From: Heterodontus francisci | Lineage: Eukaryota | Length of the DNA: 64,000 nt | Reading direction: 5' to 3' | NCBI RefSeq assembly: GCF_036365525.1 | Contig: NC_090416.1 | Coordinates: 14,480,945 to 14,544,944, forward strand | In this document: one piece after another, positions 47,315 through 59,900 of the stretch | Position numbering within the stretch: position 1 is the stretch's first letter | How the letters are laid out: the number at the start of each line of letters is the position of its first letter | Notes under the pieces: generated by a model | Seen by the model: the letters and a program-made list of their open reading frames with translations, nothing else | The model's database searches: none | What the model was told of the DNA's origin: nothing | Translations under genes and position numbers: made by a program

Positions 47315-50300
47315 TTAAGAATGAGCACGCTCTCCTGTCTCGGGATCGACCTCCATATCTGCAGAAGGGAAGGAAGGAGAGCCCATGTTAGAGAGAGAGA
47401 GAGAGAGCCTGTGTTTAGAGGGCGCCCTCCATGACTACCGAAGTACTTTGCGGCCAAGCCCCCTGATGTAGGGGACGCGGCGATTTGCGCACAGCAAGCT
47501 CCCGCGAGGGACCCCGAGCATCCGCACCATCTCGACCTCAGCTGGCCCAGGCAGGGCAGAAGTTTCGGAAGCTCCGCTTCCGGCGGGATAGCAGCGTAGA
47601 ACGCTCCCACGGGAAGCCGCGGAGCTCGGTCGCGAATCCGCCACGATCCCACTGAATAGCACGACAGGCCCGAGGGGGCTGAATTGGCCGTCTCCTGTCC
47701 CCCTATCTTCCGAAAATCCAGACCGGTGTTGCCCTGTCGGCTCCCTGCGTCTTACATACATAGATTCAGAACGTGAAATAGGAGCAAGAGGCCCCTCGGG
47801 CCTGCTCTGCCCTTTATTACAATCCAGCCGGATTGTCTCGCGTTATCCACAGATCCCTGAGAGACCAACAACCTCTCGGTATCTACCCTGTCAAATCCCC
47901 TCATAATTTGATACATTTCAATGTGATCATCTCTCATTCTACTCAATCTCTCCTCGGACACCCCAGGAATCAATCTAGTGAACATTCATTGCACCCCCCC
48001 TCTAAGGCAAGCATGTCCTTCCTTAGAGACAGAGACTAAAACTTTGCACAGTTCCCTAGGTGTGGTCTCACCAAAACCCTGTATAAATGCAGCAAGCCAT
48101 CCTTCCTCTTGTACTCTGACTCCATCACCATAAAGACCAACACGCCATTTGACTTCATTATTGCAGGGTGGCTGTGCTTCTTGTACAAGGGCACCCTAAT
48201 CCCTCCGAACGCCAATATTTAATACTTACCATTTAAAAAAAAAATTCTGCTTTTCTAGTCTTCCGACCAAACTGAATAACCTCTCACTTCCCCATGTTAT
48301 CTGCCACCTGTCCCCAATTACAGCACAGAAACAGACCATTCGGCCCATCTGCTCCGTGCTGGTGTTTCCGCGCCACACGAGCCTCCTCCCACCCCCTCTT
48401 CATCCCACCCTATCCCCATATCCTTCTTTTCCGTTCTCCCTCGTGTTTATCCAGCTTCCCTCTTAAATGTATCTCTGCTATTCCCCTCAACCACTCCCTG
48501 TGGTAGCGAGTTCCACATTCTCACCATTCTCGAGGGAAAGAATTCCTGAATTCCCCATTGGATTTATTAGTGACTGTCTTATATTGATGGCCCCCCCCTA
48601 GTTCTGGTCTCCCCCCACCACCACCACCCACCCCCCCCCCCCCCCCCCCCCAACAAGTGGAAAAATTCTCTCTCTCTACCCAGGGGTCACTCACCCATGC
48701 TCCAGATGCTTGGTTCTCTGTTCAGCTCCACCTGGACCTGGCAAAGTGGGAACGCCGGGGGCTGTGGGCCCTGTGCCAAGGTCTGAATCGAAGCTTGGCC
48801 CAAACTGTGGGCAGGACCGGTGCCCAGATGGTTAAACATGCTCCTCTCGTGCGGCGGCAGATTCCCAGAGACCGTGTTGAACGAGCGCCAGTGGTCAGGA
48901 AAACGCTCCGGGGGTTCCACCGGCACATCTGGGAAATCGGGAGAGAAGCAAGGATTCAGCGATCAGAAGAAAACCCAACAATGCTTCAACCTGATTTCCA
49001 TTTGCAATTGGTAATGGAAATTTGCTATGTAAACTTGTCACGCTGTGATTACACCCTCCTGCCAGGAGTGGCGCTGTGACGTGTCCATTATAGTGAGCTT
49101 GCCATTACAATAACATCAACTTGCATTTATATAGCACATTTAATGGAATAAAACGTCCCCAGGCACTTCACAAGAGTAAATAAAGTGTGATAGTGAGGCC
49201 CGAAGCAGAGGAAGGCAGGGATCTCAGAGGGTTGTAGAGGCTCGACGAGGTGACCGAGGTGGAGAGGGAGGGATGAGGAGGGCATGGAGAGATTTGAACA
49301 GGAGGATGCGAATTGAAAAAAAAAAATCGAGGCACGGCCAGAACGGGAGCCAATGTGTTTGTGAGCACAGGGGTAGACGGGCGAACAGAAATTGGTTTGG
49401 GGGAGTTGGGAGGGCGGGAGGAGGAGTTTTGGATGAGCTTAAGTTCAATGTGACAAATAGAAATGTTGACATAGGCACTTGTGGTAGAGAAGGCAGATGG
49501 AATGCTTTCCTTTATTGGCCGAGGTATAGAATACAAAAGGAGGGATGTGATGCTGGAACTGTGTAAAACGCTGGTTAGGTCACAGCTGGTGTATTGTGTA
49601 CAGTTCTGGTCACATTACAGGAAGGACAGAATTGCCCTGGAGAGAGTACAGAGGAGATTTACAGGAATGTTACCAGGGCTTGAAAGTTGCAGTTATGAGG
49701 AAAGATTGGATCGGCGAGAGTTGTTTTCCTTAGAACAGAGGAGGCTGAGGGGTGACTCAAAAGAGGTGTCCAAAATTATGAGGGGTCTAAGAGCAGACAG
49801 GAAGGACCTGTTTCCCCTATCGGAGAGGTCAGTTACCAGGAGACACAGATTTAAGGTGATTGGTAGAAGGATTAGAGGGGACATGAGGAAAACTTTTTCA
49901 CGCGGTGTGTGTCTGGAATTCACTGCCAGGAGCGGTGGTGGAGACAAAAAACCTCAAATCTTTTAAAAGGCACCCGTTCATGCGGCTGAAGTGCTGTAAA
50001 GTGCAGGGTAATGGACCAGATGCTGGGTGGGATTAGTTTGGGCGGATAGTTTAATCGGCCGGCACGGATACGATGGGCTGAATGGCCTCCATCAACATCT
50101 CCACATTGTTTGGAAGACAGAAGGAATATTTCGGGGCAGGTCCTGCTCAATGAGAAAAGCAGGCTTGGTCAATTTTACCGCACCTTCCTTGTTTGTAATT
50201 GTTTCCGTGTAGCAATTTCCCCTCCCAGGAGTGTTTCAAAACAAACTTTCAAAAAGTTTGTTTGTTGCAACAAAAAGTTTTTTCAAAGTTTTTTTTCCCC

Positions 50301-50535
50301 CCCCTCTGTCACCAGACTGTGAAGCCTCCACAAAAGGGGAGTGTTAACTGCCCTTAACAGGTCTTTTGGCGTTCAGTGCAATTATTTGGAAGGAATTAAG
50401 ACAACTTTTGCAGAACCTACTGTAGGTGTTGTTCCCCCGGAGCTTCCTGGCCAGTTTGCGGAGCGGGCAATGCTGGAAAGCCAGGCGGAAGATGCACTGC
50501 TTCCTTCGGTCCTGCATCCTCTCCGACGCTGCCAT
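47315..50535 (-). CDS. Putative uncharacterised 130-aa protein; exons 50421-50535, 48695-48928, 47315-47358
   Basis: Three non-repeat islands with canonical GT/AG sites, polypyrimidine tracts and matching phase-1 junctions; CpG-rich upstream region; AU-rich 3' region. Protein not recognised. Confidence 0.6.
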
Positions 50536-51754
50536 TCTCGCCCGTCCACGCTCACCCTCCTCTTCGGGAGGGGTAGCGGAGTCACTGGCTTCTCCAGCCC
50601 TTCGGAGGCGGAGACCGCCTTAAAGGCGCAGGGCACCGCTCAGCGAGGGAGGGAGGGAGCAATTGAGCCGACAGAAAATGCACCCTCTTCTCTCCCCTCC
50701 CCCCGCCCCACAAACACTTTTTTTTCCCCCTTTCTGCTTTTCATCCTGCCCATTTCTATTTGCTTTCAATCCAGTGACGTATTTCACAAATGGTCTACCC
50801 CTGTCTTTTCTCTTGTCGGTTCACCCCCATCGAGCCACCTCAATCCCTTTTAATCACTCCTTACCCCAACTAATATTGAGGTCCTCGCCTCTCCACCTCC
50901 CTATCTCTGTCACCCTCCCTCCAGACCCTACGACCCTCTGCCCTCCTCCAATTCCGGCCTCTTGCCCATCCCCCCCGATTCCCATCCATTGGCGGCCGGG
51001 CCTCCAGTTGCCTGGGAGCTCTGGAATTCCCTCCCTAAACCTCTCCGCCTCTCTCTCTCCTCCTTTAAAAAGCTCCTTAAAACCGACCTCTTTGCCGTGG
51101 TTTGGGTCGCCCGTCCCCTAATATCTCCTCATGTGGCTCGGGATCCAATGTTGTCTGATTTATGCTGCAGTGAAGCACCCTGCTATATAAATGTTGCACT
51201 GTCAGAGGTGCCGTCTTCTGATTGTTACGTCTGCCCCCTCGCAGGTGTGTGTAAAAGATCCCACGGCCACTATTGGAAGAGGAGTGGTGGGGGGGGGGGG
51301 GCAGAAGTTCTCCCTGGTGTCCTGAGACCAATATTTATCCCTCAACCCTACATCAGTAAAGAAAAGTTGATCCTGGTCATTATCACATCGCTGTTTGTGG
51401 GATCTTGCTGTGTGAAAATTGCCTGCCGCGTCTCCCACATGCCCTGAGGTCATGAGAGGGTCCGTGGAAAATAAATACTTTCTCTCCGTCCGAAACAATG
51501 TCAAAAATGGACCTGGTGAAATGCCATCCTGGTTTTTATTAACGTCCCAGTTTCTCATTTCTCAGAAGGTCCTCATTTCCTGATGAGCTGTGAGTGAAGT
51601 GAAACAGCCTTTTTGTTTTCTGAAATATTCAGTTTAGAGAGAATGATTTCAAGAGATGCTAAAGTAGCGAAATTTCCAACTCCGTTCTTCAATTCTCACT
51701 CGAACACGGTGAATAGGTTCACATTCAAAATTATAAGGCAGAAGTCTTACTCTG

Positions 51755-53695
51755 GAAATTCGAGCCCACAAACCAGGCCAACACTCCCAGTGCCAGTACT
51801 GAGGGAGTGTCGCACTGTCGGAGGGTCAGTACTGAGGGAGTGCTGCACTGTCAGAGGGTCAGTACTGAGGGAGTGCCGCACTGTCAGGGGGTCAGTACTG
51901 AGGGAGCGCCGCACTGTCGGTGGGTCAGTACTGAGGGAGTGTCGCACTGTCAGAGGGTCAGTACTGAGGGAGTGCCGCACTGTCGGAGGGTCAGTACTGA
52001 GGGAGTGCTGCACTGTCGGAGGGTCAGTACTGAGGGAGCGCTGCACTGTCGGAGGGTCAGTACTGAGGGAGTGCCGCACTGTCGGAGGGTCAATATTGAG
52101 GGAGCACCGCACTGTCAGAGGGTCAGTACTGAGGGAATGCCGCACTGTCGGAGGGTCAATATTGAGGGAGCACCGCACTGTCAGAGGGTCAGTACTGAGG
52201 GAGTGCCGCACTGTCGGAGGGTCAGTACTGAGGGAGCGCCGTACTGTCAGAGGGTCAGTACAGAGGGAGTGCCGCACTGTCAGAGGGTCAGTACAGAGGG
52301 AGTGCCGCACTGTCGGTGGGTCAGTACTGAGGGAGTGCCGCACTGTCAGAGGGTCAGTACTGAGGGAGTGCCGCACTGTCGGAGGGTCAGTACTGAGGGA
52401 GTGCCGCACTGTCGGAGGGTCAGTACTGAGGGAGCGCCGTACTGTCAGAGGGTCAGTACAGAGGGAGTGCCGCACTGTCAGAGGGTCAGTACAGAGGGAG
52501 TGCCGCACTGTCGGTGGGTCAGTACTGAGGGAGTGCTGCACTGTCAGAGTGTCAGTACTGAGGGAGTGCTGCACTGTCGGAGTGTCAGTACTGAGGGAGT
52601 GCTGCACTATCGTAGTGTCAGTACTGAGGGAGTGCTGCACTGTCGGAGGGTCAGTATTCAGCGAGCTCTGCACTGTCTGAGTGTCAGTACTGAGGGAGTG
52701 CTGCACTGTCGGAGGGTCAGTACTGAGGGAGTGCTGCACTGTTGGAGGGTCAGTAATGAGGGAGCGCCACACTGTCGGAGGGTCAGTCCTGAGGGAGTGC
52801 TGCACTGTTGGAGGGTCATTAATGAGGGAGCGCCGCACTGTCGGAGGGTCAGTGCAGAGGGAGCGCCGCACTGTCAGAGGGTCAGTACTGAGGGAGTGCC
52901 GCACTGTCGGAGGGTCAGTACAGAGGGAGCGCCGCACTGTCAGAGGGTCAGTACTGAGGGAGTGCCGCACTGTCGGAGGGTCAGTACTGAGGGCGCGCCG
53001 CACTGTCGGAGGGTCAGTACTGAGGGAGTGCCGCACTGTTGGAGGGTCACTGCAGAGGGAGCGCCGCACTGTCAGAGGGTCAGTACTGAGGGAGTGCCGC
53101 ACTGTCAGAGGGTCAGTACTGAGGGAGTGCTGCACTGTTGGAGGGTCAGTACTGTGAGTGTGCTGCACTGTCGGAGGGTCAGTATTCAGCGAGCACTGCA
53201 CTGTCTGAGTGTCAGTACTGAGGGAGTGCCGCACTGTCGGAGGGTCAGTACTGAGGGAGTGCCGCACTGTTGGAGGGTCAGTAATGAGGGAGCGCCACAG
53301 TGTCGGAGGGTCAGCACTGAGGGAGTGCTGCACTGTTGGAGGGTCAGTAATGAGGGAGCGCTGCACTGTCGGAGGGTCAGTACTGAGTGAGTGCCGCACC
53401 GTCGGAGGTGCTTTCTTTCGGATGAGACGCCTCATCTGCCCCTCTCAGGTGGATGTAAAAGATCCCATGGCCGCGATTGGAAGAACAGCGGGGGTGGGAG
53501 GGGGGTGGTGAGTTCACCCTGGGTCCAATATTTGTCCCTCAACCAACATCACTGTACAGACGATCTGTGTCGTAATCACAACGCTGTTTGTGGGATCTTG
53601 CTGTGCACCAATTGGCTGCCACGCTTCCTACATTGAAGCAGTGACTCCACTCGGGGCGACCTCAGGTGGCGAAAGGCGCTATAGAAATGCAAGTT
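51755..53695 (+). mobile_element. Deu-domain SINE (SacSINE1-like) with an internal 33-bp tandem expansion
   Basis: SINE sequence precedes the array and resumes in register at 53401 (GTCGGAGGTG..TCTTTCGGATGAGACG..GGATGTAAAAGATCCCATGG) through to the L2-like tail GCGCTATAGAAATGCAAG. Confidence 0.85.
51794..53408 (+). repeat. 33-bp minisatellite (about 49 units)
   Basis: Unit GTACTGAGGGAGTGCCGCACTGTCGGAGGGTCA with point variants. Confidence 0.98.
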
Positions 53696-53977
53696 AGTTA
53701 TTATCTGGCAACCTCCTCTTGAGGGACGCTGAATGAACACAAGATCTCACATTGCAGTTTGTTTTATTGACACCTTCACCTCCTTTGGCCTGAAGCGTGT
53801 TGCCAGGGAGCTACCAAGAGAATATATAAAAATGAATCGAGCACCCAGTGGAAACAGAACGTAGGGGGCAGAAAAAGCCTTTAAAAATATATCAGTAATT
53901 TCACTGTACAATAGTCCTAAAGTGGGCTGGTTGTCAGTCACCGTGGTAACAAGCGTCCGTTCTCTGAGGATTCTCCA

Positions 53978-56900
53978 TCAGCCCCAGAACCTCTGGCGTG
54001 GGCCTGAGGCCTTCTCCTGTCCTTCTGTCTCGCTGGCTGAGGTGGCAAACATCTTATCGGGAGCCAGGATGAACATGTAGCAGAGGTTGCAGACAAGTAG
54101 GCCGAGGACGGGGAAGAAGGTTAGGCCGTAACCGAAACCTCGGAAAGTGCTGCTGATGGCGAAGGTCAGCCAGTAAATCAACCTGGGGATGACGGAGAGT
54201 AAAGAGGGTTCCATTAATCCACACTCCACAACAGTGACCACATGTTCCCCTTCACTGACGTTGACTCATTCAGCCCTGTTCCATTCCACTTCTCTGGGAA
54301 TTTTGTAGCGATAGACTCATAGAAAGTTTATGGCACAGAAAGAGGCCACTTGGCCCATCGCGTCTGTGCCGGCCGGGGAAAAAAAAAAGGAGCCACCCGG
54401 CCTAATCCCACTGGATACCAGGAATGTCAGTGCTGGGAAAGGAAGATTCCCATTATCCTGTGAAACACTCCCAGCATCGGTTAGATACAGAGTAAATCTC
54501 CCTCCACACTGTCCCCATCAAACACTCCCAGGACAGGTACAGCACTGGGATTGGCCGGTCAATTTGGAGCACTTCCTGCCTGCAATCAGGGGGAGAGCTG
54601 CACCTGTGCTGCAGCAACTGCAGAGTGGAGAGTGGAATAACTGCAAAGAGGTGACTGTTACATGGAGACAGCTGCATTTACTGAGGAACTGTTGCACTTT
54701 TTCAAGGATTAAGAAGACCTGCAAGTCATTTTGGAGAGGTGGATGTTGGAGCACCAGAGAACTGTTGGTTGTTTGGACTGTTGGGGGAGGGAGGAGGCAC
54801 CGGAAGATCCAGGGGTGGGGCTGCCAAATTCTATAGGGAGCCCTTGTATTTGGTCTTGTGTTTATCTGCCATCCTGCACAAAAGGGGCTCCCTCCCCACC
54901 CCCAACTGTGTGGCTCGGGACAGCTGGAGCTGCCCGGCTGAAGACTAGCTTTATACAACAACAGAAAAGGGAGAGAACCGGGCGGCTCTAGCCGACCCGG
55001 GCGAAGAGCCCTCCCCTAACTGGAAGATTGAATTGTAGACTCTGCAGGAAGGTGCTCCAACCACCAAGTGAACTGCAACATCCTCGCAGCTGTTCTCTCT
55101 CTTCCATCACTTGGCCACCTATCCTCTCCTCTCCTTGTCCTTTTCAACCCTATCCTCCTCTACTCCCATCCCCACCTCCCCCATCATATTGTTTGTGTTA
55201 AAGAAAACTGTCGTGTGCTTTGTTTCTTGGGGGTGGGCGTAGCTCTGCGACCCCATGGCAAGCCCCTCTTCGCCGGTGGCGGGGCCTTCCCGTTTATATG
55301 CTGCTGCGGCTGCTGCAGCTGCACCTGTTGCCCCGTCACCGTTTGCTTTATTAACATCAAAGCATGGAGTCAAGAGCTACGTCCACCCGAACATGACTAT
55401 CGAGGCATGTGTGAAAGCAATGGCCGAGGTTGTCAGCCCTTCGGCCATTGTTGCAGCCTCTAAAATGTACGGGAAGGCAGTGTTATTTCTGAGGACCGAG
55501 CGGGCGGTGTCCCTGGCTCTGAGCAAGGGGCTCACCGTGGGCGGGACCTTTCTGCCAGTGGACCCCCTGGAGGCCACTGCGCAAAGGCTCATTCTATCCA
55601 ATGTCCCGCCCTTCATTCCTGGTGAGCTCCTCCTTCCCCACCTGCACCATTTGGGGGAGGTAAAGACGGGACTCACCCCAGTCCCGCTCGGTCTTCGGGA
55701 GAACAGCCTCCGACACGTGTACTCCTTCCGCCGCCAGTTATTCATGCAGCTGGCGCGGGAGGAGGTGACAGAGGGCCACTTTAATGTAGAATTCCAGGGG
55801 ACGGCCTACCGCGTCTTCTGGACCTTGGACGGGGTGCGGTGCCATGTCTGTAAGGGGGTGGGGCATGTTCGTAAGAACTGCCCCAACCTCCCGGCTGCCA
55901 ACTCCAACTCGGCGTCCCAGGGTGGCGACGCTGCACCTCCTCCCACCCCCCCTACACCACCACCAGATACCATTCAGTCGGTACCGGTTTTCACGGCCTC
56001 CGGCAGGGAGGGGGGTGACCATCCAAGTGGAAGGAAGGCGCGGAGGAGAAATAAACATCGAGAGGCGCGTCCCCTGGACACCGTGACACTACCCGAGTCT
56101 GAGCTCAGCACAAAGCCCGATCTCGGGAAGTCAACTTGCCCCAGGGCTGGGCTCAGGCCCAGGGTGAATAAAAAAAAGGAGAGTGTGGAGGTGGAGGCCT
56201 CTGATGACATGGAGGTCTCTGAGCCTCTGCGCCCTGGTGGGAAAAAGAGGTGAAGGCACCCCTCCACAGAGGTAATGAGGGGCCCTGAGGCGCAGGGCCC
56301 ATCTGTTGGAGGGGAGCTGTCTCCTGTCTCGGGTCCCCAGGTTTCCCCTACCGCTACCACCAAGGCTACAAAGTCCGGGCAGGAGCTCCCTATTCCTCAG
56401 GATGGAGGGGAGGGGAAGGCCCCGGTACATGAGGCCCCTCCTGAAGGAGTAAGTGGGGCCCTGCTTGTGGTGGGGGAGCCTGGGGACTCCGCCCATTCTG
56501 CCACTGCTACTGGGTCGGGTGCCCTGAGTGAAGGGGAGGGTGAGGCCCCAGAGGGTCGGCCCTCCCAGCCGGAGTCCACCGCCAACCAGGAGACACCCGA
56601 CCCAGTTATAACTGAGAATGCTGCCCCATCTGCTGGGCCTGTGGATGCTGACGGAGCGGGAGATGGCCTCCTCTCTCCGCCTCCAGTCTCGGCTCCGGCT
56701 GGTTTTCCGGAGTCGGGAACTTCTGTCTCCCCTGGACCACTCATTGGCCTGGGGACGGAGGTGGAGCGGGGTCCTGAACCGCTGGTGCCTACAGGCTCCA
56801 GTTTCACAATAGAACCCAGAGAGGACTCCTCCGCCATCGATCCTGGGGGTGGGATCGTGACGGAGGCGGGACCAGCTGGCGCGGCCGGGACGTCCGCCCC

Positions 56901-59900
56901 ACAGTGTGTAGTGGGCGTGTCGGCCGCTGGCGGTGACGACCCGGAGGAGGATGGGGATTCAGTGCGGGGCACGGAGGGTGATCTTGATTCCATCGCCAGT
57001 GAGGTGGTGGAGTCCCTCGTGCCTCCCACTGAATCTCCTCTCAACTCCGGGATTTCCTCGCGGTTTGCAGGGGCTGCCGCAATAAAGTTCAGCTGGCCCT
57101 CGACCGCTGGTCAAATCTGGCGCTGATCATCCAGTCCGTCCGTGCCGCCCTTAAGATAGCGGGCAAGCGCGCGGGCGTGAAACTGGTTGAGAGGCACCGT
57201 TTTAATGTGTTCCTCAATGGGTTGCTGGGGGAGTGGAGGGCCAGGTGCACTTCCACTCCCTCCTCACAGTGAGGTGTTGGTGACGGGTTTTAAGTACCTT
57301 TGACATGAAGATAACCATAGCCAGCCTCAACATCAACGGCAGCAGAGGGGCTCACCGCAGATTTCACAATCTCTCAGTCCTTAGGGAAGGGAGATACGCG
57401 GTGAGCTTTCTGCAGGAAACCCACACCGTTCCGGGAGACGAAGCTACCTGGCTCCTGGAGTGGCAGGGTGGGGTCTACATGAGTCACCTCACCCCTATTT
57501 CTAGTGGGGTGGCAATCTTGTTGGCCCCGACTTTTCAGCCGGAGATCTTGGGGGTCAAGGAGCTAGTGCCGGGCCGCTTGCTCCACCTCGCCGTTCGCCT
57601 GGGTAGCGTGCCGCTCCACTTTGTGAACGTGTACGCGCCCAGGCCCGGCGCGTTGCAAGCGCGCTTCTTTGAAGAAGTGTCCGCTCTCTTGAGCTCCATC
57701 GATAGCGGCGAGTGCATCATCCTCGGGGGGGATTTTAACTGCATCCTCGAGGTGGGGGATCGCTCCGGTCCCCAGCGCGGCCAAGCGTCGGTGGAGAAGT
57801 TGAGGGGACTGATCAGCTCCCTTAACTTGGTGGACGTCTGGCGGAATCTCCATCCCGACTCCAGCGCCTTCACGTGGAGGTCTGGAGGAGGAGGGTCGCG
57901 AATCGACCGCCTCTACATTTCGCAGGCGTACGCCTCCCGCGTCTCGGCAGCCTCCATGCGGCTGGTGCCGTGCTCGGACCACCGCCTGGTGTGGGCGGAG
58001 TTTACTCCGCTCCGCACGCGAGCGGGGTCCGCGTACTGGCACTTTAACAACCGGCTGCTGGAGGACGAGCGATTTCGGGACTCGTTCTGTCGATTCTGGG
58101 CCGACTGGAGAAGGAAGCAGGGGGGCTTCCCCTCCTTGAGGCTATGGTGGGATGTGGGCAAGACTCACATCCGCGTCTTCTGTCAGGAGTACGCGAAGGG
58201 GTCGACCAAGAGGCGGGAAACCGAGATCGGGCGCCTTGAGAGGGAGGTGCTCGACTTGGAGTCCCGCCTCGGTCATGCCGTCGTGGACCCGGCCCTGTGG
58301 CAGGCGTACAAAGAGAAGAAGGGCGCGCTGAGGGACCTGCAGCTCATAGGGTTCCTCAGCGCGTACGTGAGGTCGCGTATCCAGATCCTGGAAGATTTGG
58401 ACTGCGCCTCACCCTTCTTCTACTCGCTGGAAAAATGGCGGGGGGTCCGTAAGCAGCTCGTCGAGCTGCTGGCCGACGATGGATCCTCCACCACGGATCC
58501 GGAGGGAATGGGCCTCCTGGTCCGTAATTATTACAGTGCGTTGTTCTCTCCGGATCCGTCCAGCGAGGATGCGCGCAGAGTTTTGTGGGAGGACCTGCCG
58601 CAGGTCAGCCCGGTGGGCGCCGAAGGATTGTAGGCTCCGCTCACGTTGGCGGAGCTGACTGGCGCCCTCCACCAGCTCTCGAGGGGCAAATCCCCAGGGC
58701 TGGATGGGTTGACCGTGGAGTTCCTCAGGGCGTTCTGGGACGTCCTGGGGGACGATTACGCGCGGGTCCTGGGGGAAAGCCTGGCGACCGGGGAGATGCC
58801 CCTCTCGTGGCGCAGGGCGGTCATCGTCCTGCTGCCGAAGAGGGGCGATCTCCGCCTGCTTAAAAACTGGCGTCCGGTCTCCCTCCTCAGCACGGATTAT
58901 AAGATCTTTGCCCGGGCTATGTCTACTCGCCTGGGCTCCGTGCTGGCCCACATGATCCACCCCGACCAGTCCTACACGGTCCCGGGCCGGTCCATCCAGG
59001 ACAACATCCACCTGGTCCGGGACCTGATCCATCTTTCCCAGAGGACTGGTCAGTCGGTCGCCTTTCTCTCCCTCGATCAGGAGAAGGCGTTCGACAGGGT
59101 GGATCACGATTACCTTTTCGGGACTCTGCGCGCTTTCGGACTCGGGCCGCATTTTGTGGCCCAGGTCCGACTTTTATACGCCGCCGCAGAGTGTCTAGTC
59201 AAAGTTAACGGGTCCTTGACGGCGCCCCTTCGATTTGGGAGAGGAGTGCGTCAGGGATGCCCCATGTCCGGCCAATTGTATACCATCTGCGTGGAGCCCT
59301 TCCTGTGCCTGCTTCGCAGGAGGTTGACGGGATTGGCTCTGCGCGAGCCGGCCATGCGGGTCGTCCTCACGGCTTACGCCGACGACGTGCTCCTCGCAAT
59401 CACAGATCCCGTTGACTTGCGGAGGATGCGCGTCTGCCAGCAGACCTTTTCTGCCGCGTCCTCCGCGAGGATCAATTGGGAGAAATGTTCCGGACTCCTG
59501 GTTGGTCCGTGGCGGGTGGACTCCCTGCCGGAGGAGATGACACCTTTTGCGTGGAGCACCACGCACCTCCTCTATCTGGGAGTCCACCTTAGCCCCGCTG
59601 AGGAAGCCTGGCCGGCAAACTGGCAGGAGTTGGAGGCGAAAGTCACCGCTCGGCTGGGGCACTGGACAGGACTGCTCCGAGTGCTTTCCTACAGGGGCCG
59701 AGCGCTGGTCATAAACCAACTGGTGGCCTCCATGTTGTGGTCCCGGTTGGTCACTTTGGCCCCGCCCCCTGTATTTGCCACCAAGATCCAGAAGAAACTC
59801 GTCGATTTCTTCTGGGGCAAGAGGAAACACTGGGTCTCTGCCGCGGTCCTGAGTCTCCCGATCGAGGAGGGCGGTCAGTCGCTGGTGTGCGTCCGCACCC

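Noticed and set aside
46948-47652. 234-aa minus-strand ORF
   Set aside because: Runs through SINE-like intronic sequence and a CT tract, in a different frame from the spliced 130-aa model; non-ATG start.
51575-51612. CTGATGA...GAAA hammerhead-like spacing
   Set aside because: No stem I or stem III pairing and no valid cleavage triplet context.
51613-53511. ORFs of 355-562 aa on both strands
   Set aside because: Translations of the 33-bp (11-codon) SINE-derived tandem repeat.
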